A DNA stretch of 64,000 nucleotides from an uncultured Gemmatimonadales bacterium. GTDB lineage: Bacteria; Gemmatimonadota; Gemmatimonadetes; Palauibacterales; Palauibacteraceae. The stretch is from assembly GCA_963783385.1 (NCBI GenBank), contig CAWANJ010000009.1, positions 352,001-416,000 on the forward strand, read 5' to 3'. Shown piece by piece: positions 1 through 9,055 of this stretch (its first letter is position 1; each line of letters starts with the position of its first letter). The notes under the pieces were generated by a model. That model was not told the origin of the DNA. It made no database searches and was given only the letters and a program-made list of their open reading frames with translations. The position numbers were made by a program, and so were the translations under genes.

Positions 1-1
1 G

Positions 2-289
2 CCCACGGATTCCATGGCGATCGAGGGCAAGCAGCTGGTCACCAACGGCATCTGCATCAGCTGCCACACGATCCGGGGCACCCAGGCTCAGGGCACCATC
101 GGGCCCGACCTGACCCACGTCGGCAGCCGCCAGACCCTGGTGGCCACGATCCTGCCCAACACGCCCGAGAACATGTTCCGCTGGATCCACAACCCGGATT
201 CGGTGAAGCCCGGCACCAAGATGAAGATCCCGCAGCTTCCGGACGACCAGATCCGGAAGATCGTGGCCTACCTGCAGAGCCTGAAGTAG
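2..289 (+). CDS. ctaC: Cytochrome c oxidase subunit II, C-terminal cytochrome c domain (5' truncated by window)
   Basis: CISCH heme-binding motif, GPDLTH and KPGTKM motifs; directly upstream of subunit I. Confidence 0.88.
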   Translation, partial: PTDSMAIEGKQLVTNGICISCHTIRGTQAQGTIGPDLTHVGSRQTLVATILPNTPENMFRWIHNPDSVKPGTKMKIPQLPDDQIRKIVAYLQSLK

Positions 290-298
290 GGAAGAGGG

Positions 299-2119
299 AT
301 GGCGACCAGCGAAGCGGCGCTCCGCGCCCCAATGTCCGGAGCGCACAGTCACGAGGGCACCTACGGTGGTGGCATCTGGAGCTGGATTACCACCGTGGAC
401 CACAAGCGGATCGGGATCCTCTACGGTCTGACCGCCCTGAGCTTCTTCGTGATCGGAGGCATAGAGGCGCTCATCCTCCGCCTCCAGCTCCACGGTCCCA
501 ACGCCGGCATCGTGAGCCCGGAAGTCTACAACCAGCTGTTCACAATGCACGGAACCACGATGATCTTCCTGGCGGTGATGCCGCTGGGTGCAGCGTTCTT
601 CAACTTCCTCGTGCCGCTCCAGATCGGGGCCAGGGACGTGGCTTTTCCCCGGCTGAACGCGTTCAGCTACTGGCTGTTCCTGTTCGGGGGACTGTTCCTG
701 TATTCGAGCTGGTTCTTCCAGGCGCCCGACGGCGGCTGGTTCGGCTATGCCAACCTCACGTCGTTGCAATACTCGCCCGGGCTCGGGATCGACTTCTGGT
801 TCCTGGGGCTGCAGCTCCTGGGGCTCTCTTCCCTGGTCGCCGCGCTGAACTTCGCGATCACCATCCTCAACCTCCGGGCGCCCGGCATGAAGCTCATGCG
901 CATGCCGCTGTTCACCTGGATGACGCTCGTCACTTCCTTCCTCATGGTCCTGGCCTTCCCGGCCATCACGGTGGGCCTGACCCTGCTCATGATGGACCGC
1001 TTCTTCGGAGCCGACTTCTATCGGGTGGCGGCGGGCGGGGACGTGGTGCTGTGGCAGCACCTGTTCTGGATCTTCGGTCACCCGGAGGTCTACATCCTCA
1101 TCCTCCCGGCCATGGGAATCGTGTCGGAGGTGATCCCGACCTTCTCCCAGAAGCCCCTGTTCGGCTATCCGGTGGTGGTATACTCGGGCGTGCTGATCGG
1201 CTTCATCGGGTTCGGGGTGTGGGCCCACCACATGTTCGCCGTCGGCATGGGACCGATCGCGAACTCGGTGTTCTCGGCCACGACGATGATCATCGCCATC
1301 CCCACCGGCGTGAAGATCTTCAACTGGCTCGCCACCATGTGGGGCGGGAAGATCAAGGCGAAGGTGCCGTTCCTCTTCGCCTTCGGCTTCATCATCATGT
1401 TCATCATCGGCGGCCTGAGCGGCGTGATGCACGCCTCGCCGCCGGCCGACCTCCAGCAGACGGACAGCTACTTCGTGGTGGCGCACTTCCACTACGTGCT
1501 GTTCGGCGGGTCGGTGTTCGGGCTGTTCGCGGGGATCTACTACTGGTATCCCAAGATCACCGGCAAGCTGATGTCGGAGACGCTGGGCAAGTGGCACTTC
1601 TGGCTGATGCTCATCGGCTTCAACATCACCTTCTTCCCGATGCACTTCCTCGGGCTGCAGGGCATGCCCCGGCGGACGTACACGTACGAGCCCGGCCTGG
1701 GCTTCCACGACATGAACCTGGCGGCCACGGTGGGCTCCTTCCTGCTGGCGTTCTCGTTCCTGTTCTTCTTCTGGAACTTCTTCCGGAGTCTGAAGACGGG
1801 AGAGGAGGCCGGCGACAACCCCTGGAACGCGGCCACGCTGGAGTGGTCGATCCCGTCGCCACCTCCGCACTACAACTTCGACACGCTGCCGACCGTGCGC
1901 AGCCGCGACCCGCTATGGGCGGACGGCGGCTACGAGAAGCCGCCGGCCGACCACGAGCCGGAGATGCCGGCGGGGTCGGCGTGGCCCATCTGCCTGGCCG
2001 CGGGGCTGCTTCTGCTCGCGATCGCGGCCATCAGCAGCCACCTGTGGCTCGTGGGTGTGTCCGTACTGTGGATCTTCATCGCCGCCTACGGGTGGTCGTT
2101 CCAGCCCGTCTACCGCTGA
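299..2119 (+). CDS. ctaD: Cytochrome c oxidase subunit I (A1-type heme-copper oxidase)
   Basis: TTVDHKRIG, HGTTMIF, GHPEVY, VWAHHM and VAHFHY motifs; extra C-terminal TM helices. Confidence 0.97.
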   Translation: MATSEAALRAPMSGAHSHEGTYGGGIWSWITTVDHKRIGILYGLTALSFFVIGGIEALILRLQLHGPNAGIVSPEVYNQLFTMHGTTMIFLAVMPLGAAFFNFLVPLQIGARDVAFPRLNAFSYWLFLFGGLFLYSSWFFQAPDGGWFGYANLTSLQYSPGLGIDFWFLGLQLLGLSSLVAALNFAITILNLRAPGMKLMRMPLFTWMTLVTSFLMVLAFPAITVGLTLLMMDRFFGADFYRVAAGGDVVLWQHLFWIFGHPEVYILILPAMGIVSEVIPTFSQKPLFGYPVVVYSGVLIGFIGFGVWAHHMFAVGMGPIANSVFSATTMIIAIPTGVKIFNWLATMWGGKIKAKVPFLFAFGFIIMFIIGGLSGVMHASPPADLQQTDSYFVVAHFHYVLFGGSVFGLFAGIYYWYPKITGKLMSETLGKWHFWLMLIGFNITFFPMHFLGLQGMPRRTYTYEPGLGFHDMNLAATVGSFLLAFSFLFFFWNFFRSLKTGEEAGDNPWNAATLEWSIPSPPPHYNFDTLPTVRSRDPLWADGGYEKPPADHEPEMPAGSAWPICLAAGLLLLAIAAISSHLWLVGVSVLWIFIAAYGWSFQPVYR

Positions 2120-2177
2120 CGGTCACGAGCGCCCGTCCGCGGGGGAGAGCGAGTCCGGTTACGATGCAGAGGAGACC

Positions 2178-2786
2178 GTGAGTCAAGGGGAAGCCGCCGC
2201 ACTGGACCACGAGTATACGAGCACCGGCCAGCCGAGCCGGAAGATGCTCATGTGGGCCTTCATCGGCTCGGAATGCATGTTCTTCGGCACCCTGATCACC
2301 ACGTACCTGGTGTATCACGGGCACAACGTGCAGGGGCCGTATCCCAAGGACCTGCTCAGCGTCCCGTTCATCTCGGTGACCACCTTCGTGCTGCTCATGA
2401 GCAGCCTCATGATGGTGCTGGCCCTGTCGGCCGTGCAGCGCGGGCAGAAGAAGTGGACGAGGGTCTACCTCTTCCTGACACCGTTCCTGGGGATGATCTT
2501 CCTGGGCGGCCAGGTCATCGAGTTCACGCACTTCGCGCACAGCGGGCTCAGCCTGAGTCGGAACCTGTTCGGAAGCACGTTCTTCGTCCTGACCGGCTTC
2601 CACGGCGCCCACGTCACGGTGGGCGTGATCTGGCTGTTCACTCTCTGGGTTCAATCGCTGAGGGGGAAGCTGGGGCCGGAGCACAGTCTCACGGTCGAGA
2701 TCGCCGGTCTGTACTGGCACTTCGTGGACGTGGTGTGGGTGGTCCTGTTCACGGTCATCTACCTCATGCAGGGCGTGCACACCTGA
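2178..2786 (+). CDS. ctaE: Cytochrome c oxidase subunit III
   Basis: SECMFF, TGFHGAHV and LYWHFVDVVW motifs; GTG start at 2178 after GAGGAG. Confidence 0.93.
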   Translation: MSQGEAAALDHEYTSTGQPSRKMLMWAFIGSECMFFGTLITTYLVYHGHNVQGPYPKDLLSVPFISVTTFVLLMSSLMMVLALSAVQRGQKKWTRVYLFLTPFLGMIFLGGQVIEFTHFAHSGLSLSRNLFGSTFFVLTGFHGAHVTVGVIWLFTLWVQSLRGKLGPEHSLTVEIAGLYWHFVDVVWVVLFTVIYLMQGVHT

Positions 2787-2841
2787 CGTCCGTACCGGTT
2801 ACGCTGGCGATGGCGCACCTAATCAGCGCGGGACGCGAGAG

Positions 2842-3195
2842 TTGATGGAGATGGAAGCTGCGATGGAAGGAAATGTGAGCGAACAGGCCATGGCGGGGCA
2901 CGGCGAGCCCCATGCGAGCAACCGGACCTACGTGGGCGTGGCCGCCGTGCTGGCGGTGCTCACGGCGCTCGAGGTGATGGTGTTCTTCCTCCCCTCCCTC
3001 AAGCCGGTGATGGTGCCGATCCTGCTCATCCTGATGGCGGCCAAGTTCGCCCTGGTCGTCCTGTTCTTCATGCACCTGAAGTTCGACGCCAGGGTGTTCT
3101 CCGGGCTGTTCGCCGGCCCGCTCTTGATCGCCGCCGCGATCATCAGCGCGATGATCTTCCTGTACATCAACTACGGCGCGGGGAAGGGCGGCTGA
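2842..3195 (+). CDS. ctaF: Cytochrome c oxidase subunit IV (caa3-type)
   Basis: Three TM segments with KFALVVLFFMHLKFD motif; last gene of the cox operon; exact start uncertain. Confidence 0.85.
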   Translation: MMEMEAAMEGNVSEQAMAGHGEPHASNRTYVGVAAVLAVLTALEVMVFFLPSLKPVMVPILLILMAAKFALVVLFFMHLKFDARVFSGLFAGPLLIAAAIISAMIFLYINYGAGKGG

Positions 3196-3205
3196 GCCGC
3201 CTTCC

Positions 3206-3721
3206 TCAGCCGCGCGGCGGGCCCTCCGGCGAGTAGTCCCCCCGCAGAAGGCCCGGGTTCCGCACCGTGAAGTACCCCCCCATTACCACCACCGCCAGAA
3301 AGTTGCCCACCAATATGGCCCAGGTGGCCAGCTGGCCGGCGATGGGTTGGGCCCACACCAGCACGAACACGTAGAAGGCGAACTCGAAGAACACGAAGAA
3401 GAACACGAGCAGGTAGCCGAGGATGGGCGTCTGCTTGAACTTCGAGATCACCCACGCGGTGGTCAGTCCGAAGAGTGCGAACAGGCCGAGGTGGATGCCG
3501 GAGTAGACCGCCACCAGGCTGGGCTCGACCTCCACCCCCTTCGTCGCCGAGCTCGCGCCGTGGAGAAGGGCGCCCCCCAGCAGAGAAGGCGTGTAGAGGG
3601 GCTGGTTCTTGGAGAGGTCGAGGATCAGGAACCACAGGGCGACCGTCACGGCTCCCAGGGCGCCGGCGATGAGTCCGTCCCAGAGGATGTCGCCCGGTTC
3701 CGGCCGCGTGTCCGTCGTCAT
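3206..3721 (-). CDS. Hypothetical multi-pass membrane protein
   Basis: About 4 hydrophobic helices; ATG at 3721 preceded by AAGGAGG. Confidence 0.75.
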   Translation of the reverse strand: MTTDTRPEPGDILWDGLIAGALGAVTVALWFLILDLSKNQPLYTPSLLGGALLHGASSATKGVEVEPSLVAVYSGIHLGLFALFGLTTAWVISKFKQTPILGYLLVFFFVFFEFAFYVFVLVWAQPIAGQLATWAILVGNFLAVVVMGGYFTVRNPGLLRGDYSPEGPPRG

Positions 3722-4284
3722 CCTGCCGCCTCCTTCGTCCTGTGTGCGACCTCGGCCCGACCCGCCGTGACCCCCGAATCCCGGGGGGGGGCGGCCGACC
3801 ACCGGGCACGGAAGATGCGAATGCAACGGGGGGAAGGAAACCCCGTGTGCGACGTGGCGGTCCGACCGTCACCTGCCGGTGGCCGAGGGCCGCGCCCGTG
3901 CGCGGAGCGACCTCGGAGCGTCACCAGCGGGGAGAACGGCCGCGTGCCGTGTGATGCGCAGCGAGTCCCACGGGCCAGGATGTACGATCGACGTCGTGCT
4001 CGGCGCGGCGCCCTGGATCGGGGTTCGGCTTCGCTGCGGGAGTCTCCCTCCGTCCTCCCCACCTCTCCAGCAGCGACTCGACCGCCGGTGATCTCCCGCA
4101 CGGCGACCTCCCTCTCGCGGCGCGCGAGCCGGAGCTCCGGCGGTTCCATCATAGAGGCATTCGTCCACCGACCAAGGCGGCCGCGCTCCCTCGTCCGGCC
4201 CGCGGGGACGCGTCAACACGTCCGGGCCGACCCCAACCACGCACGAGCCCGTTACCCCACACTCACGATCGGAGAGGTGCATCC

Positions 4285-5823
4285 ATGTCGGATTCGAACT
4301 CCAGCCGCAACGACGGCCCTGGCGACGCGCTGGAGAGCGCCGCCCAGGAATCGGAGACAGGCCCCAGGCCGCGCGGCGATCCGGCGTCGCGGGCGGACGA
4401 GACCGCCGAGCGACACGGCATCGGACGCCGCGAGTTCCTGACGAGCAGCGCCAAGTACGGCCTCGCGGCCGCGGTGGCGCCCACCATCTGGGTGCCGCGC
4501 TACGGGCGTCAGGCGAAGTCGCTCAAGATCATGCAGTGGAGCCACTTCGTCCCGTCCTACGATGTCTGGTTCGACAAGTGGGCCAAGGCGTGGGGCGAGC
4601 AGAAGGGCGTGGACGTCACGGTCGATCACATCGCGCTCAGCAACCTGGGCACACGGGCCAATGCCGAGGTCTCGGCCCAGAGCGGGCACGACCTGTTCCA
4701 GTTCCTTTCTCCACCGGGGGCGTTCGAGCCGCACGTGCTCGACATGGCCGACATGGTGCAGGAGGCGGAATCCCACTACGGGCCCATCCTCGAGCTGGCC
4801 AAGCACAGCACGTACAATCCGGTCACGAAGAAGTGGTTCGGCTTCTCCGACAACTACGTGCCCGATCCCGGCGACTACCTCAAGAGCATCTGGTCGGACG
4901 TTGGGATGCCGAACGGTCCGAGCACCTGGGAGGATCTGGTCAAGGCCGGTCCCGAGATCCGCAAGAAGCACCCGGAGATCCAGATCCCGATCGGACTGGG
5001 CATGTCCCAGGAGCTGGACTCCAACATGGCGGGCAGGGCCGTCCTGTGGTCCTTCGGCGGTTCCGTGCAGGACGCCAACGAGAACGTGGTCCTGGACTCC
5101 GACGCCACGCGGGCGGCCATCGACTACATGACGCGCCTGTTCAAGGCGGGCATGAACGATGCCGTCCTGAGCTGGAACGCCGCCTCGAACAACCAGGCCC
5201 TGAACGCGCAGGCCACCAGCTACATCCTCAACTCGATCTCGGCCTACCGGACGGCCCAGGACAACCAATTGCCGGTGGCGGACGACATCTTCTTCGTCGA
5301 GGCGCTCAAGGGGCCCCACGGTGACCAGTGGGCCAGCGAGCACGTCATGGGCGTCTACGTGATCTGGAAGTTCGCCGAGAACCCGGACGTGGCGAAGCAG
5401 TTCCTGCTGGATCTGCTGGGCACCTACCGGGATGCCGTGAAGGGCAGCAAGCTCTACAACTTCCCGTCCTTCCCGGGCACGGTAGCCGACGCGTCGGTGC
5501 CGGTGGCCCAGAAGCCCGACGCCGGCGCCCAGTGGCTGAAGCAGGTCACGAGCGACGATCCGTTCGGCTCCACGCCGCCGAACAAGCTGGCCCCGATCGG
5601 GACCGCGCTGAAGTGGTCGACCAACCAGGGCCATCCGGGACCGGCCAATCCGGCCACGGGCGAGGTGTTCGACACCTTCGTGCTTCCAACCATGTTCGCC
5701 AAGGCGGCGACGGGCCAGGCGAGCCCCAAGGACGCGCTCGATGAGGCCGTCAGCCGCACGAAGCAGATCTACGAGAAGTGGCGCAAGCAAGGCCTCGTGG
5801 GCGGCGGCGGCGGCGACCGCTGA
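4285..5823 (+). CDS. Carbohydrate ABC transporter substrate-binding protein with Tat signal
   Basis: GRREFL twin-arginine motif; SBP-like sequence; followed by ATPase and two permeases. Confidence 0.88.
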   Translation: MSDSNSSRNDGPGDALESAAQESETGPRPRGDPASRADETAERHGIGRREFLTSSAKYGLAAAVAPTIWVPRYGRQAKSLKIMQWSHFVPSYDVWFDKWAKAWGEQKGVDVTVDHIALSNLGTRANAEVSAQSGHDLFQFLSPPGAFEPHVLDMADMVQEAESHYGPILELAKHSTYNPVTKKWFGFSDNYVPDPGDYLKSIWSDVGMPNGPSTWEDLVKAGPEIRKKHPEIQIPIGLGMSQELDSNMAGRAVLWSFGGSVQDANENVVLDSDATRAAIDYMTRLFKAGMNDAVLSWNAASNNQALNAQATSYILNSISAYRTAQDNQLPVADDIFFVEALKGPHGDQWASEHVMGVYVIWKFAENPDVAKQFLLDLLGTYRDAVKGSKLYNFPSFPGTVADASVPVAQKPDAGAQWLKQVTSDDPFGSTPPNKLAPIGTALKWSTNQGHPGPANPATGEVFDTFVLPTMFAKAATGQASPKDALDEAVSRTKQIYEKWRKQGLVGGGGGDR

Positions 5824-6009
5824 GCCCACAGCGGTGACGGGGAGCGGCCGCGAGGCCCTCCCCGGCCCGCCGCGAGACTGGAGAGCTCCGGAGGGGGCCG
5901 GGTTGGGCTCCCTGCGCTTTCCATGTAGCGCCCGAAGGTATCATCATGGGTGGCATCGGACCGCCGAACGATGACGGACGACCCACAGGGAGGGAGTGGT
6001 TAGGCGACG

Positions 6010-7086
6010 ATGGCCTCCGTCGAAATCCGGGACCTGCACAAGCACTTCGAAGGCCAACGGGCCGTCGACGGTGTCGACCTGTCCGTCGAGGACGGGGAGT
6101 TCGTCGTGCTCCTCGGGCCCTCCGGTTGCGGGAAGACGACGCTGCTGCGGACCATCGCGGGCCTCGAGCATCCGACGTCGGGCGAGATTCGGCTCGGAGG
6201 AAGGCTCCTCGGCCGGGACGTGCCCCCCAGGGCCCGCCGGATCGCGATGATGTTCCAGAGTTACGCGCTCTACCCGCACCGAACCGTATTCGGGAACATC
6301 GCTTTTCCGCTCAAGGCACTGCACACGCCCCGCGACGAAATCGAGGAGAAGGTGCGATGGGCCGTGCGCATGTTCGACATCGAGCGGTACCTTGAAGCCT
6401 TTCCCAGGCACCTCTCGGGAGGCGAGCGCCAGCGGGTCGCGCTCTGCCGGGCGGTGGTCCGCGAGCCACAGGCTTTTCTGCTGGATGAGCCCCTGTCCAA
6501 CCTGGACGCCAAACAGCGGACCACGGCCCGCGACGAGCTGAAGCGCTTCCAGCAGAAGGTGAACATCACGACCCTGTACGTGACGCACGACCAGGTCGAG
6601 GCCATGGGCCTCGGCGACCGGATCGCTGTTATGAAGTCGGGGCAGATCCGTCAGTTCGGGACCCCGAGCGAGGTCTACGATCACCCCGCCGACACGTTCG
6701 TGGCGACCTTCGTCGGACTGCCGCCCATGAACCTGCTCGAGTCGGTGGACGGCCTGGCTCCCGAAGGCACGCTCGTGGGATTCCGGCCCGAGCACTTCTT
6801 GCCGAGCTCGGCGTTCAGGGAGGACGACGACGTCACGACCCTGAAGTACCACGTGCGCCGGGTCGAGTACCTGGGAGCCGAGCGCTACCTGTACGGCTCG
6901 ATCGGAGAGGTCGAGGACCCCGACCAGCCGATCATGGCCCGCCTCCCGGCGATGCTGCGCGTGTCGGTGGATGCGGAGAAGACACACGAGTTCGCGGTCC
7001 GTACGACGCAGCTCCGCTTCTTCGACGAGGAGAGCGGGAAGCGCCGGGAGCCACCGGACGGGAAGGGAAGGAAGGCGGAGGCGTGA
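6010..7086 (+). CDS. Sugar ABC transporter ATP-binding protein (MalK/MsmX family)
   Basis: GPSGCGKT Walker A, LSGGERQR signature, LLDEPLSNLD, YVTHDQ. Confidence 0.95.
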   Translation: MASVEIRDLHKHFEGQRAVDGVDLSVEDGEFVVLLGPSGCGKTTLLRTIAGLEHPTSGEIRLGGRLLGRDVPPRARRIAMMFQSYALYPHRTVFGNIAFPLKALHTPRDEIEEKVRWAVRMFDIERYLEAFPRHLSGGERQRVALCRAVVREPQAFLLDEPLSNLDAKQRTTARDELKRFQQKVNITTLYVTHDQVEAMGLGDRIAVMKSGQIRQFGTPSEVYDHPADTFVATFVGLPPMNLLESVDGLAPEGTLVGFRPEHFLPSSAFREDDDVTTLKYHVRRVEYLGAERYLYGSIGEVEDPDQPIMARLPAMLRVSVDAEKTHEFAVRTTQLRFFDEESGKRREPPDGKGRKAEA

Positions 7087-8009
7087 AGCTCCCCTTCGGA
7101 CCGATCACCCTGCCGCCACGGGAGACGTTCGCCGACAGCGAGAGCTTCCTGGCCAAGGTCATGCTGGCTCCGGCCATCCTGTACGTGGTCGTTCTCGTCG
7201 GCATCCCCTTCGTCCTCGCCATCCTGCTCAGCTTCAGCAACGCCAGGGCGGGGAGCCTGAGCTTCTCGTGGGTGGGGCTGTCCAACTACGCTGCCGTGAT
7301 CTCCGATCCCACCTTTCGGCGGGCGCTCCTCAACACGGTGATCGTCACCGTGGCGGTCCAGGTCCTGGTGGTGGTACTGGCCACCGCGGCCGCCATCGTG
7401 TTCCGGGAGGCGTTCGTGGGAAAGCGGATGATGCGCTTCTTCCTGCTCCTCCCGTGGGCGGTGCCGATCACGCTGGCCGTCATGGCGTGGACGTGGATCT
7501 TCGACTCCACCTTCAGCGTAGTGAACTGGACCCTGAAGGTGTCCGGATTGATGCACGGCTGGCTCTACTGGCTCGGGAGCCCGACCCTGGGCCTCATCGC
7601 GATCATCATCGTCCAGGTGTGGCGGTTGTTCCCGTTCGCGACCGTCATCGTGCTCGCGGGCATGACCTCGATCCCCCAGGACGTCGTGGAGGCCTCGATC
7701 ATGGACGGAGCCGGATTCTGGCGCCGCCTGTTCCAGATCGAGCTGCCCTTCCTTCTTCCCGTGGTGACGGTGGCCGTGCTATTCGGCATCGTCTACACGG
7801 CCACCAACATGAGCGTGGTCTACCTGCTGACCGGCGGTGGGCCCGCGGACAGCACGCACGTGCTCCCGACCCTGGCTTTCCAGCGCGGCATCGAGGGCCT
7901 CGACCTCGGACAGGGCGCGGCCATCGCCCTGTTCCTGTTGCCCTTCCTGCTCGTGGCGGCCATCGGGATGCTCCGCGTGGCCCGACGCTCCGAGATGGGG
8001 TCCCGATGA
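7083..8009 (+). CDS. Sugar ABC transporter permease (MalF-like)
   Basis: Six TM segments, EAA loop EASIMDGA; GTGA overlap with the ATPase gene. Confidence 0.92.
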   Translation: MKLPFGPITLPPRETFADSESFLAKVMLAPAILYVVVLVGIPFVLAILLSFSNARAGSLSFSWVGLSNYAAVISDPTFRRALLNTVIVTVAVQVLVVVLATAAAIVFREAFVGKRMMRFFLLLPWAVPITLAVMAWTWIFDSTFSVVNWTLKVSGLMHGWLYWLGSPTLGLIAIIIVQVWRLFPFATVIVLAGMTSIPQDVVEASIMDGAGFWRRLFQIELPFLLPVVTVAVLFGIVYTATNMSVVYLLTGGGPADSTHVLPTLAFQRGIEGLDLGQGAAIALFLLPFLLVAAIGMLRVARRSEMGSR

Positions 8010-8869
8010 ACCGGTACCGGCTTCTGCGCTACGTTCGGCGCGCCGGCGTGTACGTGGCCGCGCTCGGCTTCGTGGCGTTCGCCGCCTTTCCCTTCTACTG
8101 GATGGCGCTGACGACCTTCAAGCAGAACAAGGACCTGTACGTCTCGGCCACGAACCTGAAGCACGTCCCCTGGATTTTCAACGCGGCCCCGACGCTGGAC
8201 CATCTCAAGCTCCTGTTCACCCAGACGGCCTATCCCACCTGGCTGCTCAACACGCTCATCGTGGTGGTGGCCGTGGTGGTCATCACCGTGGTGGTCGCCC
8301 TGCCGGCCGGATACAGCCTGGCGCGGCTGGCCGGGAGCTGGGGCGAGGGAATGGGGATCGGGATCTTCCTCACCTACCTGGTCCCTCCGACGCTCCTGTT
8401 CATACCCTTCTCGCGGCTGGTGGCCATCCTGGGGCTGCAGGACAGCCTGTGGAGCCTGATCGTGGTGTATCCGACCTTCACGATCCCCTTCTGTACCTGG
8501 CTCGTCATGGGCTTCTTCCGGTCGGTGCCCTGGGACATCGAGGAGCAGGCCATGATCGACGGATACAGCCGGCTGGGGGTCATCTTCCGGGTGGTGCTGC
8601 GATTCGCCGTTCCGGGGATCCTCACGGTCGTGGTGTTCACCTTCACTCTGGTGATGCAGGAGTTCATCTACGCCCTCACCTTCATCAGCTCGGTGGACAA
8701 GATGACCGTGAGCCTCGGGGTGCCCGTGGCCCTGGTGCGTGGCGACGTGTACCACTGGGGCGCCCTCATGGGCGCGGCGCTCATCACCAGCATCCCGATG
8801 GCGATCGTCTACAACCTGTTCATGGATCGGTTCGTGGCGGGTCTCACGCTGGGGGCGGTGAAGGGATAG
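8006..8869 (+). CDS. Sugar ABC transporter permease (MalG-like)
   Basis: ATG at 8006 (ATGA overlap); EEQAMIDG loop; C-terminal GLTLGAVKG. Confidence 0.92.
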   Translation: MNRYRLLRYVRRAGVYVAALGFVAFAAFPFYWMALTTFKQNKDLYVSATNLKHVPWIFNAAPTLDHLKLLFTQTAYPTWLLNTLIVVVAVVVITVVVALPAGYSLARLAGSWGEGMGIGIFLTYLVPPTLLFIPFSRLVAILGLQDSLWSLIVVYPTFTIPFCTWLVMGFFRSVPWDIEEQAMIDGYSRLGVIFRVVLRFAVPGILTVVVFTFTLVMQEFIYALTFISSVDKMTVSLGVPVALVRGDVYHWGALMGAALITSIPMAIVYNLFMDRFVAGLTLGAVKG

Positions 8870-9055
8870 GGGAGCGAGGGCCGTCGGTCTCCCGGCGCCC
8901 GGACGGGTCGGCGATCACGCCGCCTGGCGGTGCGCGACGCTGGTTTGACGCGCAGGTGCGCGCCAGTTAGGTCCAAAGCGTGGCTTTTTTCAGAATTCGG
9001 CGAGATGCGACACCGCTCGCCGGGACACGGGGGCGTCCCCGAGAAAGGTGATGTG

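Noticed and set aside
3722-4284. ORFs and a GTGTGCGAC repeat (3742, 3845) in the divergent intergenic region
   Set aside because: ORFs are Arg/Pro-rich noise; a 9-bp repeat is too short to support in GC-rich DNA
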